Source: Candidatus Parcubacteria bacterium
GTDB lineage: Bacteria; Patescibacteriota; Microgenomatia; UBA12405
Assembly (NCBI GenBank): GCA_023443725.1
Contig: JAEZTF010000010.1
Coordinates: 1 to 32,000 of the forward strand
DNA length: 32,000 nucleotides
Direction: 5' to 3'
The notes beneath the pieces were generated by a model, which was not told the DNA's origin, made no database searches, and worked only from the letters and a program-made list of their open reading frames with translations. The position numbers were made by a program, and so were the translations under genes. Positions 1 through 9,132 of the stretch are shown piece by piece. The stretch's first letter is position 1. The number at the start of each line of letters is the position of its first letter.

Positions 1-4
1 ACTA

Positions 5-54
5 GAAACCTCCCCTACTTGAGGGATTTTTTCAGAAATAATAAGAGAGGTTTC
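5..54 (-). terminator. Inverted repeat downstream of the recombinase-like gene, possible terminator
   Basis: GAAACCTC (5-12) is the reverse complement of GAGGTTTC (47-54); nested weaker CCCT..AGGG with T-run; lies just past the minus-strand stop at 66. Confidence 0.45.
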
Positions 55-65
55 TTTTTCCATTT

Positions 66-500
66 TTATTTATTTCTTTTGTTTTGAATCCCTGCTTTTA
101 TTCTTTTGGAAACAATTTCTCTTTCGAGACTGCAAAACAATCCAAGAATTAAAATTGAACAAATGTCCTTTTGGATATCAAAATCTTTATCGGGAGTTAT
201 TATCCCTTCTAGATTTTTCCTTTGTATGAGTTCAATAAGCTGATTAAAATCTGCTTGGCGACGACAAAGTCTGTCTATTTTCGTCGTTAGCAAATAATCC
301 ACCTTGTTTTGTTTTATCCACTCAACTAATTCTTTAATGTTGGGATTTGTTCCAAAGCTTTCAAAAATCTTTTTAATCTCAAGATTTCTTTTATCGGCTA
401 TAGCCTTAAGAGTTTTCTCTTGATTTTTAATCGAACTATTATTGTTTTGTTGAACTGCTGATTGTCTACAGTAAATGACACAAGTTTTCTTGTTTTTCAT
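66..500 (-). CDS. Serine recombinase/resolvase-like protein, catalytic domain only (144 aa)
   Basis: VIYCRQS start, SIKNQ, KIDRLCRRQADF and LEREIVSKRIKAGI motifs match the resolvase N-terminal domain; the protein ends right after the E-helix motif. Confidence 0.8.
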   Translation of the reverse strand: MKNKKTCVIYCRQSAVQQNNNSSIKNQEKTLKAIADKRNLEIKKIFESFGTNPNIKELVEWIKQNKVDYLLTTKIDRLCRRQADFNQLIELIQRKNLEGIITPDKDFDIQKDICSILILGLFCSLEREIVSKRIKAGIQNKRNK

Positions 501-546
501 TGTTTTATCTAATTATTAATTTGAGGTTTGGGAGTGATGATTCATT

Positions 547-1437
547 TCATGGTGGTCTGTATTTTTGAATTAATTCATCAAAATCTTTCTTCACCATTCC
601 AGCCGAAAAATAATTACACCAATCTTTCCCTAAAATTTCAGGCACTTCAATTTGAATAATTTTTTTAGGATCAATTTGTTTTGAGAGTATTTTTATTGTT
701 TTCTGGCCTCCAGCTTTTCCTTCCAAGTCGTTATCAAAAGCAACAATTATTAGGTCGAAACCAGTAAGTTCGGAAACATATTTTTCACTAAAGCTCATAT
801 TCCCAGATGTCGGAGAAAAACAGCTATAACCTGTTTCCTGATGGGTTCTTATGCTGTCAAATTCACCTTCAGTAATAATGGCAATTTTGGGATCTCCTCC
901 AGTTTTGAAGAATGTATGTTTTGAACCTTTTTCAAATCGATATTTGATTCCACTACAGCCAAAAACACGATGTTTATAGCCCCCAGGAGTTCTGAATTTA
1001 ATTGTTGGATACTGATACGTTCCTATCCAAGTTTTACTGAAGCAAAAATCAAATTTTTGCTGAGACTCATAATTAATGCCGTGATTTTTAAGGTACTCTT
1101 TGGCTTCGTCAAAATTAATTTCTGGATTTATCTCAAGTGAAGAATCAAACCATTTAAGTGCTTGTTTGAAATTCAGCTTCAAATGCTTTTGAACCAATGC
1201 AATCACATCTCCTGTGGCTGAACAGCCAAAGCAGTAGAATGTTCCCGTTTTTGGATACAGTGTCAGAGATGGTGTTTTTTCTTCATGGAAAACACATTTT
1301 GTCTGAATCGGTTTATCGCCAATGGCTTTAATAGTTGAGATAATTCCAATTTTTTGGGCAACGTCAACAATACTGTTTTCCCTCTTAATCTTTTCAATGG
1401 TTTCCTTATTAACTAGTTCCATATTATTTACTTTCAT
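547..1437 (-). CDS. CHC2 zinc-finger plus Toprim primase-like protein
   Basis: KCVFHEEKTPSL...GTFYCFGCSATGDVIALVQ zinc-finger pattern and IAIITEGEFDSI...LIIVAFDNDLEG Toprim pattern. Confidence 0.85.
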   Translation of the reverse strand: MKVNNMELVNKETIEKIKRENSIVDVAQKIGIISTIKAIGDKPIQTKCVFHEEKTPSLTLYPKTGTFYCFGCSATGDVIALVQKHLKLNFKQALKWFDSSLEINPEINFDEAKEYLKNHGINYESQQKFDFCFSKTWIGTYQYPTIKFRTPGGYKHRVFGCSGIKYRFEKGSKHTFFKTGGDPKIAIITEGEFDSIRTHQETGYSCFSPTSGNMSFSEKYVSELTGFDLIIVAFDNDLEGKAGGQKTIKILSKQIDPKKIIQIEVPEILGKDWCNYFSAGMVKKDFDELIQKYRPP

Positions 1438-1885
1438 GAACAGCTAATAGGAAAGAGTTATCTTCAGGACATATATTCTCGGATGAATTAATAGTATTTA
1501 TTAAATCTCTCTTATTTGTTACTTCGTAATTCTTATTTATGGTTGTGTTTTGGATTTTCTGTTCTGGATTGATGTCAAAAATGGTGGAATCTATGAGTTT
1601 AGCTGCTGTCCCCCTATCGTGTTTTCTAGTGGTGATGAAACCAAGTTTTTTGAGCCATTTCAAATCAGTTCGATATTTTGATCGGGTGGAGTTGTATCTT
1701 TCAAAGTCACCAACCCAAGCCTCGTTGGTTTTCAATCCAGTTTCATCATCTGAAACTCTTTTGGCTCTTTGGGCAATGATGCACAATAATATGAAAGCAG
1801 AATGTCTTGTTTGGACGAGTTTCCAAAAGGATTCAGCATCGCGATTGAATTTTATGAAGCCATTTTCTTTTAGCTTTTCGATCAT
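1424..1885 (-). CDS. Hypothetical protein, possible winged-helix/replication-associated
   Basis: Complete ORF overlapping the primase-like start by 14 bp; SKYRTDLKWLKKLGFITTRKHDRGTAAKLI looks like a wHTH segment. Confidence 0.55.
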   Translation of the reverse strand: MIEKLKENGFIKFNRDAESFWKLVQTRHSAFILLCIIAQRAKRVSDDETGLKTNEAWVGDFERYNSTRSKYRTDLKWLKKLGFITTRKHDRGTAAKLIDSTIFDINPEQKIQNTTINKNYEVTNKRDLINTINSSENICPEDNSFLLAVHESK

Positions 1886-1955
1886 AGCTAAAAGATATAA
1901 TGGGCTTAAAGGAGATAAAACTACACTAAAAAATAAAAAAAGTGTTGTATTGAAA

Positions 1956-2666
1956 TTATTCCTTTCTTCTCAGTTTTTTTATTAGTTTCCTATATCTATT
2001 CAACATTGCACTAACCTCGTTTTCAGACAAGCAGCGACCATTATTTTTCTCAAGTTCGTCAGCAATAAAAGTGAGTGACTTATTTTTTCTGACTTTCAGA
2101 TCGTATATCTTTTGATAAGTATCCAATATTTTGACAGGGATCTTTTTAATTGGTTCACAAAATCGGTTTTCATTAAAAAATGCCTTAATTTGTGGATACT
2201 CTTGTTTTATTTTTTTAACTAAATTATCAAAATTTGAATCAGCGTTTATTTTTATAAAAATAGAAGAATCTGTTCCTAAATATTTTTTTCTTTTCCCTAC
2301 CAAATTCTGGTATAACTTTTTTTCTTCAAAAATTTCGATCTCATTGACTTTTGCAAAAACAAACCTGTTAAACAAGACATAGTGAAATAATGAAACTGAC
2401 CATTCTGCGGGAAAATAATATTTATCTCTTAAAACATAGATTTCAGTTTGAAGATCATCTTCAAATCCTTTGTTTTCAATTATTTTGATATCTTTTTCTG
2501 TTCTTTTATATCCATTCCTTGGTATTTGGAATTTTGTTCTTATCTCTTTTATTTTTCTTTCAAAGTAGGTGTCGTCTTCTAGAATTTTTAATATCAGAAG
2601 TTGATAATCGACATTTTTAGGATCTTCTTCTTGGATTGTTTCATCAAATTCCACTTTTATTTTCAT
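1956..2666 (-). CDS. Hypothetical protein, 236 aa
   Basis: Long minus-strand ORF co-directional with the cluster; no motif recognised. Confidence 0.6.
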   Translation of the reverse strand: MKIKVEFDETIQEEDPKNVDYQLLILKILEDDTYFERKIKEIRTKFQIPRNGYKRTEKDIKIIENKGFEDDLQTEIYVLRDKYYFPAEWSVSLFHYVLFNRFVFAKVNEIEIFEEKKLYQNLVGKRKKYLGTDSSIFIKINADSNFDNLVKKIKQEYPQIKAFFNENRFCEPIKKIPVKILDTYQKIYDLKVRKNKSLTFIADELEKNNGRCLSENEVSAMLNRYRKLIKKLRRKE

Positions 2667-2901
2667 AGCAGTATTTTACCGCCTTAAAACAATTTATTTT
2701 CATTTTATTGTTAATAATTACCGTATCTTATCGATTAAGGAATCTGGTTGGTTTAGCTACAGTGAGGATCTTTCACGTCCACAGGTCGGCTGTGTGACTC
2801 CCGACAAAAGTTCACGTCGCCATTAAAATTGAAAAAATTTTTGAGGGGTCAAAAAATATTGAAAGATTAAAAAATTATTAAAAAAGCATTAAAAAATGAT
2901 T

Positions 2902-2960
2902 AAAACTAATCAAAAACTAATCAATTTAATGATGATTATTGCTTTGTTTGTGATGATTAT
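2902..2960. repeat. Short phased direct repeats (iteron- or operator-like)
   Basis: AAAACTAATCAA at 2902-2913 and 2913-2924 (11-bp period); TGATGATTAT at 2930-2939 and 2951-2960 (21-bp period), in an intergenic region. Confidence 0.45.
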
Positions 2961-3110
2961 CAGACTTTTGAGCTGCTAATTTGTACATCTTGAAAAGTGA
3001 ATATTTGGCGGAAAGATAGATTTTCACTGCAACATTAAAATTGGGTGATATCTAGATTTTTATCTGAAGAATAGTCAGTGGCGGACGCGTTTTTCGATTT
3101 TAAGGGGGGG

Positions 3111-4082
3111 CTATTGATAATCTTTGTATTCTTTTTCCATCTCAGCTCTAATCTCTTCAATCATTTTCTTATCATCATCACTGGTTATGAAGTTTGAAGG
3201 AATAGTTTCAGGGCTAGTATTGAGAATAAATTTAGCATAGCCCTCATCATTCTTTCCAATCTCCTGATAATCCCAAAAATCCTGAATCGCTAAAGAAATA
3301 ATTTGTTCAAGAGTAGCGTCTTTGTCTTTGAATATTTTTTTACGAAGAATGTCTCGTTTGGAAATGTTTTTAAGATAATAGGACGAAGATGCCAATCCAT
3401 CTCTCTGATATTTTCCATCCTTCCAAGTGAGAGTAATAACATGACTTGGAGCACTTGCATGACAAAACCATCCATGCCCGTTTTCCCAAGAGTCATCAAC
3501 CACCATAATGTCATCTGGTTTGCCATTATTAGATTCTGACACCCAAACATTTGCATATTTATAGCCTTCTACTTTTGGTAGATCTGGAAACATATCTTTC
3601 ACTTCGCCGTTAACAATTTGAAAGACCGATTGTCCATGACAGTTCCAGCAGTTACCGTAATTTCCATGTTGGATGATTAACTCTGGAGTGCCGTCTTTGT
3701 TGATATCCCGAATCTTCACACTGTCAAACATTTCATCTTCCATGGAAAAGATTATTTTCTCTTGGTCTTTGTCATCCATTTTAGTTAAAAGGAAAACTCT
3801 TGGAAGTGTGTCATCATCACTGGGACACTCAAATGTCATCCAATTATATTTTTCATTTTTCCAGACAAGTCTTCCTCCGTTATCCTGTTTTGCAGAAATT
3901 TGTCGATCATTTTGTTGGTAGAGTTTAATAGTCTCAGCAGTGCAGTCAAACGCGCGTTCTTGAGGCTCTGGTGAAGCCGCAGGAATATTATTATCGGTCT
4001 GTTGTTTGTTTAGTTTGAAGAAAATTAGGAATACGGAAACGACGAAGATTGAAAGAATTATGAGATTGTTTTTATTTTTCAT
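3111..4082 (-). CDS. Secreted or membrane-anchored hypothetical protein
   Basis: 323 aa with N-terminal hydrophobic segment IILSIFVVSVFLIFF followed by a polar domain. Confidence 0.7.
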   Translation of the reverse strand: MKNKNNLIILSIFVVSVFLIFFKLNKQQTDNNIPAASPEPQERAFDCTAETIKLYQQNDRQISAKQDNGGRLVWKNEKYNWMTFECPSDDDTLPRVFLLTKMDDKDQEKIIFSMEDEMFDSVKIRDINKDGTPELIIQHGNYGNCWNCHGQSVFQIVNGEVKDMFPDLPKVEGYKYANVWVSESNNGKPDDIMVVDDSWENGHGWFCHASAPSHVITLTWKDGKYQRDGLASSSYYLKNISKRDILRKKIFKDKDATLEQIISLAIQDFWDYQEIGKNDEGYAKFILNTSPETIPSNFITSDDDKKMIEEIRAEMEKEYKDYQ

Positions 4083-4476
4083 ATTTTGGGAAAATCTTTT
4101 TCAAATTTTCTTCTGTTATGTTTTGAATAATAACCTTTGGCCATTGTTCGACTTTTGCATTTGCTAATTTAACAATTGTGACATTATCAAGAATTCTAAC
4201 CTCTGCTAATTCAATTTTACCTTCCATTGCTAATTCATCGAATGTTTTATTAATTTTATTAAAGATAAATGGAAGTATTACTGAATTAATTATTAAAGAC
4301 ATAACGATTAAAACAACTACTCCAAAAAAACCCAAATGCCATACCCACCAGACAAGATAAATTGAAATTATTATTCCAACTCCTCCAAGAATATTATTTA
4401 AGAGCCATAAAACAATTAAAGTTGAAGAGGCTTTCTCAATCTTTTTGTAGGATTGTTGTGGTGTTAGTTGTGTCAT
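4072..4476 (-). CDS. Small membrane hypothetical protein (start trimmed)
   Basis: ORF track gives 4072..4557, but that start overlaps the next gene by 80 bp; an in-frame ATG at 4476-4474 (MTQLTPQQSYKK) gives a non-overlapping 134-aa protein with two hydrophobic segments. Confidence 0.6.
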   Translation of the reverse strand: MTQLTPQQSYKKIEKASSTLIVLWLLNNILGGVGIIISIYLVWWVWHLGFFGVVVLIVMSLIINSVILPFIFNKINKTFDELAMEGKIELAEVRILDNVTIVKLANAKVEQWPKVIIQNITEENLKKIFPKYEK

Positions 4477-4477
4477 T

Positions 4478-4918
4478 TTATTTTTTGATAATTCCAATCT
4501 TCTCCCAAATGTTTTTATAACTGACTTGTTTGCCATATTTATTGCCGTCATCGACACTCTTTGAAAAAGCCAAGTAAAGGAAATAAATAAAACTCATCAA
4601 TCCACCGATACTCTTGTCGATTGATGATAAAACCGCCAAAACAAATCCAATAAGAACTGGAACCACCCATGATTGATTGAGGTCATGATGTCTCCTAATC
4701 AAAATCGAAAGCGATAAAAGTCCAGACATAACAATTGGAGCGACAATAAAAAACAAAGAAAGTATTCCAGAAGTAGAAAACATAAGACCAAAAATAGTAT
4801 CGATCAGTGATACAACTGCCCATAAGACAAAGATTGGTATCCAAACAATAATCGGGGTGAGAATAATGGCAATAATAAAATCTTTTTTTGAAAGCCTGTC
4901 TTTGAAGTTTATTTTCAT
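4478..4918 (-). CDS. DUF805-like membrane protein
   Basis: Several TM segments, RRHHDLNQSW and C-terminal DDGNKYG motifs typical of the DUF805 family. Confidence 0.65.
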   Translation of the reverse strand: MKINFKDRLSKKDFIIAIILTPIIVWIPIFVLWAVVSLIDTIFGLMFSTSGILSLFFIVAPIVMSGLLSLSILIRRHHDLNQSWVVPVLIGFVLAVLSSIDKSIGGLMSFIYFLYLAFSKSVDDGNKYGKQVSYKNIWEKIGIIKK

Positions 4919-5041
4919 AATTTTAATAAAAGGTGATCAAATACAACTAACTTTTGTTTTACCAATTATAAGGCGATTTTTAATCAAAATCTACACGATA
5001 GTAAAGGACGCAACTGTCAATAAAATCGTAAGATTAGGATA

Positions 5042-5254
5042 ATGTTGTCTAAAGAGAGACTTATAGAAAAATTTAGTAAAAAACTCAAGGAAGAAATGGG
5101 TAATATGAGCCAAGAATCTTTGGCGACTAAGTCTGGTTTGAATATCAGTTATATTGGTAGGCTTGAGCGAGGAGATGCTTGTCCAACAATTTATGCTGTC
5201 TACAAAATTGCTTTGGCTTTGAAAGTTAAACCTAGTGATTTGATGGAGTTATAA
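5042..5254 (+). CDS. XRE-family helix-turn-helix regulator
   Basis: 70 aa, MSQESLATKSGLNISYIGRLERGDACPTIYAVYKIALALKVKPSDLM is a canonical Xre/Cro HTH. Confidence 0.9.
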   Translation: MLSKERLIEKFSKKLKEEMGNMSQESLATKSGLNISYIGRLERGDACPTIYAVYKIALALKVKPSDLMEL

Positions 5255-6493
5255 ATCTCCGCTTGGCAATTCTAGTGATTCGATTTTAGGTAACGCTTGA
5301 CCAGTTAAATCCTCAAGATCCCCATACATTCCGATAGTATTTTCAATTACTCTGTTAATTTGAGATTCTCTCTTTGCCCAAATTTTGGTGTAAGAGTCTT
5401 TTTCTTTTTGTAAATCGGTTCTCAATCCTCGGAACGCCTCGACAATTGCCTCAACTCTTTGATTAAAACCAGTGCCAGTTAAATAATTGAACAGAACTTC
5501 CATTTTTTCGTTTTTACCAACATTGGCTAATTTAAGAGAAGTTAATTGAAGAAGATTTGTTCTCAATGCTAATGCTAAACCTAAAAATGAGGCAAAATCT
5601 GTGATCCAAACTCCATCCTTTTGACCGAAATTCTTCATATCTTTCGGTAAAACAGTGGTAACTATAACTGCAATTTCTGCCTTTGCATTTCGTTGGTCAT
5701 CTTTTAATTTTGGAATCCAGTTGTCAGTCCAAGCTTTTGTGTGTTTTGACTCCCATACAATGGTTCCACAATGATGTCCGAAATTATCGAATACTTTTTG
5801 AGTGATATCCGCTCCATTCTCCCCTTTTCCAACTGGGATGATTTCATCTCTAGTAAATTCTGTTCTTAGTAACCCTTCTAATTCCAATTCTTGGACTTCT
5901 CCTTGAGTTTGTTGTGATCCTTGTTGAAGTTTTCTTTTTAGTTCATCATTCACCTTCATGGCATCAGTAAGTTGTTTTGATAATTCTGCTAATTTATATT
6001 GTTGCTCTTCAGATGCTTTTTTAGCTGCATCTTCAGTAATTTTCTTTCTTTCTTCATCAAGCTGTCTTTGTTTTTCTAATTCAAAGTTTTTCTTTTGATC
6101 CTCAAGCTCCAATTTTTCTTTTCTTAAATCAAGTTCAGCCTTTCTGGCCTCTTCAAGTTTTTTATCCTTTTCATCCAATTTTTCTGAAAGCATTTTGATT
6201 TCATCAGCCGATTCTTTTTTGGCTTCTTCCTTGATAATTTCTTTTAGTTTTGTCTTTTCAATTTCTAAAGCTTTTGAAACACCTTGGTTAACTAGCAGCT
6301 GAACATTGTTTCGAGCATCATTAATCCGTTTTTCTTGTTCTTCCAGTGCTTTTTTCTTTTGATCAATCTCATCTTCTTTGATCTTTTGATCTGCCTCAAA
6401 TTTCTTTCTTAATTCGTCACCAATTTGATGGGCTAAAACCTCATCAACTGATATTTCTGTACTACATTTTGGACAAATTATTTTTTGCGTCAT
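5249..6493 (-). CDS. DUF2130/RmuC-like coiled-coil protein
   Basis: N-terminal zinc-ribbon-like IICPKCSTEISVDEVL, long charged coiled coil, C-terminal GTIVWESKHTKAWTDNWIPKLKDDQRNAKAEIAVIVTTVLP typical of DUF2130 (PD-(D/E)XK-like). Confidence 0.8.
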   Translation of the reverse strand: MTQKIICPKCSTEISVDEVLAHQIGDELRKKFEADQKIKEDEIDQKKKALEEQEKRINDARNNVQLLVNQGVSKALEIEKTKLKEIIKEEAKKESADEIKMLSEKLDEKDKKLEEARKAELDLRKEKLELEDQKKNFELEKQRQLDEERKKITEDAAKKASEEQQYKLAELSKQLTDAMKVNDELKRKLQQGSQQTQGEVQELELEGLLRTEFTRDEIIPVGKGENGADITQKVFDNFGHHCGTIVWESKHTKAWTDNWIPKLKDDQRNAKAEIAVIVTTVLPKDMKNFGQKDGVWITDFASFLGLALALRTNLLQLTSLKLANVGKNEKMEVLFNYLTGTGFNQRVEAIVEAFRGLRTDLQKEKDSYTKIWAKRESQINRVIENTIGMYGDLEDLTGQALPKIESLELPSGDL

Positions 6494-9132
6494 AGATTTT
6501 TGATATTAAATTTGTTTCTTCTGTTTTCAAAGGCTTCTTTTCCTCCTTCGAGCAAATCGCATGCATGTTCTCTTATTCCCATTTTATTTAGAAAACATGA
6601 AGCTTCAGGTTCAGTAAAAGTATTCTCAATACTTCCAGTAAAATATTCAAACATTATGTCATTTGTATTTTTAGTTTGTGGTCCATTTCTGTTAACGACG
6701 ATTATTTCTTCAGCATCTGCTTTAATGGCGATATTGGCATTATGAGTAACAAGAATAATTTGTCTTTCTTTCTTTTTTATTCTTAAAAAATTAACAATTT
6801 CGTTTGAAATCGATCTACTGTCAAGATCATCTTCTGGTTGGTCGATTAATATCGGATATTTATCTTTGCTGGATTCAATTAAAAGTTTTAATACCACTAG
6901 GGCTTTTTTACCAGGTGTCATGTCTGGATATTCGTCACCTTCATAAGACAAAGAATAATTTATGAATTCAAAATCGGAAAATAAACCTTCGACTGCTCTT
7001 TGAATATCGACTCCTGATTTTGTTTTAAGTTTTTCATCAAGTAACAAGTTCAATACAGTGGTAATATTATCAGCTTTTATCAAAGCAGATGGATCATAAA
7101 TATCGTCGTTCTTGTATCCAGGTATTGCATTTAGAGACAACCTGCAGTCTGTTGAGTTGTGAATATTTATCGAGTCTTCCAAATATTTATTTAATTTTGT
7201 TTTGTCAATTTCAACATTAGCTGAATATTTAATACCATCAATGTCACCTACCGTGTTTACTATAAATCCATTTTTAAGTTCAGTTCTTTGTTTGTGAGCT
7301 TCAACAATTTTGTTTTTAATGTCTAGAAAGGAAGTTTCTAGATTGCCTAGGACACCTTCTTCTTTTATGATTTCGGCTAGTTTAGCCTCTTGCTGTTCCC
7401 TTTCTTTTATTTTTTCTGTGGCTGATTTATTTTCTCTTGATTTGTCGATCAAATCTTTATTATCAGTTAGAATTTTTGAATTAGTGGATTCGAGTGCAAC
7501 TTTTTCTGCAGTAAGTTGTTCATTTTTTGTTTTTAAGAAAGCCAAGTAATTTATTAAATATTTTGTTTTACTTTCTTTTTCAAATTTTGAGAGTTCTTCA
7601 ATTAAATCAACTGACTTTAATAATAAAGCTCGGTCTTGAAATATTTCAGCTTCTGATGGTGGTTGTGACATTTCAGTAGTAAATACTCCGATATCATTTG
7701 ATAAATTTTCGATTTTGTTCTTATTTTCGTTAAATAATTTGCTTATTTCAGTTAACTTAACGCGATCTTCTGGAGTGAAATTCTTTTGTAGCGATTTAAT
7801 TGTCTCATCTAATAATTTAATCTGTTCAGAAATACCTGCTTTATCTCCAATCTTCTTAATTTTTTCTTTTTGTTCAGAAATTTGTTTTTTCAGAGTAAAT
7901 AAACGAAAAATATTACTAGCTAAATTAGTTCCTAATATTTCAACTTGGTTATCCAATTCTTCTTTTTGAGAAGAGATAGGATTTTGGCTATCAAAGATAG
8001 CTTTTTCAGCTATCTCCAAAATAGGTGCTTCTTCATCTTTTGCTTCTGCAAGATTGATTATGTAATTTTGTGGTATATAAGTAATTCCTTTATTAATATC
8101 ACTAGTTGGAAGAATGCTACCGTCTTTCCATTTAACAGTTAAAGATGGAGGCTCTCTTGGTGGTTTTTGTCCGTCAAATCTAGAGTTGTACTCTGAAATG
8201 TCGATCGCTTTCGCAATGCTATTTAATAATGTCGTTTTACCTGATGATCTGCTACCAATAATGACAGTAAGGTTAGAATTCAAAGGAATTGGAGTTGGTG
8301 AAAAGTTTGTATCATTTATAACTACTTCTGAAATTACTCGATAGACGTCTTTTTCATCTGGTTGAAATTCCTGTACCGCCACTCTTTCATCTGGTTCATA
8401 TAAAATTTGTTTTAATCCCTCAAAAGTTAAATCTGCTTTGATCCAGCAATTTTGTTTAAGAACGTATTCTTCAATATTATGGTTATCGGAGCACAAAATC
8501 ATTGGAAAAGTTTTTTTAATGTTTGGAAAAACATGTTGACGATAATCGTTTAGATCACTTTCTTTACCAATTTCAAAAATGTCGACATTTTTAGAAATGT
8601 CTAATTTTTCAGCCATATTTACAGGTAAGGCATTGGTGATATTTTCGATACTATTAGATTTCTTTCCTGAATGTATTGATACTAATCCTCCAAGATTTCT
8701 GATTAATGCACATGTCTCGTCTAACTTACAATAAATTTCATTATTTCCACGACCAGACTTTTCTTGTGATGCAATATCAGCCCCGTTGTAGAGCTGTCCC
8801 CATATATAGTCTAAGTCAGAGTTCTCTGGAAAAATACCGATAAAGTGAATCGGTTCTGATCCTCTTGAGTTTGAACATAATTCTATACCTGGAAAAATTG
8901 TAATTTCGTCTCCTGCTAGCTTCCTTAATTCCAAAATTCTGTTTATATCAATAATATGATGATCTGTTATTGCAACAGCATTAATTTGATTTTCCTTTAA
9001 GACTTCAATAATTCTGTCGTTACCTACCGACTTATTTTGGTAGTCGTAGGAACTTGGAGTGTGAAAATGTAAATCCCATTTTCTCCATTCTGATCCCTTT
9101 GAAAATCTATTGTTCACCCCACACCTCCTCAA
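6490..9132 (-). CDS. PHP-domain plus AAA/SMC-like ATPase (TrlF-like)
   Basis: WDLHFHTPSSYDY, VAITDHHIIDI, IFPGIELCSN (PHP); GSRSSGKTTLLNSI (Walker A), long coiled coil, YPILIDQPEDDLDSRSI (Walker B). Confidence 0.85.
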   Translation of the reverse strand: MRRCGVNNRFSKGSEWRKWDLHFHTPSSYDYQNKSVGNDRIIEVLKENQINAVAITDHHIIDINRILELRKLAGDEITIFPGIELCSNSRGSEPIHFIGIFPENSDLDYIWGQLYNGADIASQEKSGRGNNEIYCKLDETCALIRNLGGLVSIHSGKKSNSIENITNALPVNMAEKLDISKNVDIFEIGKESDLNDYRQHVFPNIKKTFPMILCSDNHNIEEYVLKQNCWIKADLTFEGLKQILYEPDERVAVQEFQPDEKDVYRVISEVVINDTNFSPTPIPLNSNLTVIIGSRSSGKTTLLNSIAKAIDISEYNSRFDGQKPPREPPSLTVKWKDGSILPTSDINKGITYIPQNYIINLAEAKDEEAPILEIAEKAIFDSQNPISSQKEELDNQVEILGTNLASNIFRLFTLKKQISEQKEKIKKIGDKAGISEQIKLLDETIKSLQKNFTPEDRVKLTEISKLFNENKNKIENLSNDIGVFTTEMSQPPSEAEIFQDRALLLKSVDLIEELSKFEKESKTKYLINYLAFLKTKNEQLTAEKVALESTNSKILTDNKDLIDKSRENKSATEKIKEREQQEAKLAEIIKEEGVLGNLETSFLDIKNKIVEAHKQRTELKNGFIVNTVGDIDGIKYSANVEIDKTKLNKYLEDSINIHNSTDCRLSLNAIPGYKNDDIYDPSALIKADNITTVLNLLLDEKLKTKSGVDIQRAVEGLFSDFEFINYSLSYEGDEYPDMTPGKKALVVLKLLIESSKDKYPILIDQPEDDLDSRSISNEIVNFLRIKKKERQIILVTHNANIAIKADAEEIIVVNRNGPQTKNTNDIMFEYFTGSIENTFTEPEASCFLNKMGIREHACDLLEGGKEAFENRRNKFNIKNL

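Noticed and set aside
1539-1985. Plus-strand ORF, and similar ORFs at 2131..2382, 3290..3556, 3303..3539, 3673..3921, 4178..4360, 6485..6745, 7310..8344, 11558..11749, 12000..12282, 15217..15414, 19490..20158, 23710..23895, 27875..28069, 30187..30369
   Set aside because: Antisense or alternate-frame shadow ORFs lying over well-supported genes; compositions look like reverse translations of the real proteins.
4072-4557. Full-length ORF start at 4557
   Set aside because: It would overlap the DUF805-like gene by 80 bp and adds an uncharacteristic polar tail; the in-frame ATG at 4476 removes the overlap.
4857-5042. 61-aa plus-strand ORF between the DUF805-like gene and the XRE gene
   Set aside because: Overlaps the start of the minus-strand DUF805-like gene and shows no recognisable protein pattern.
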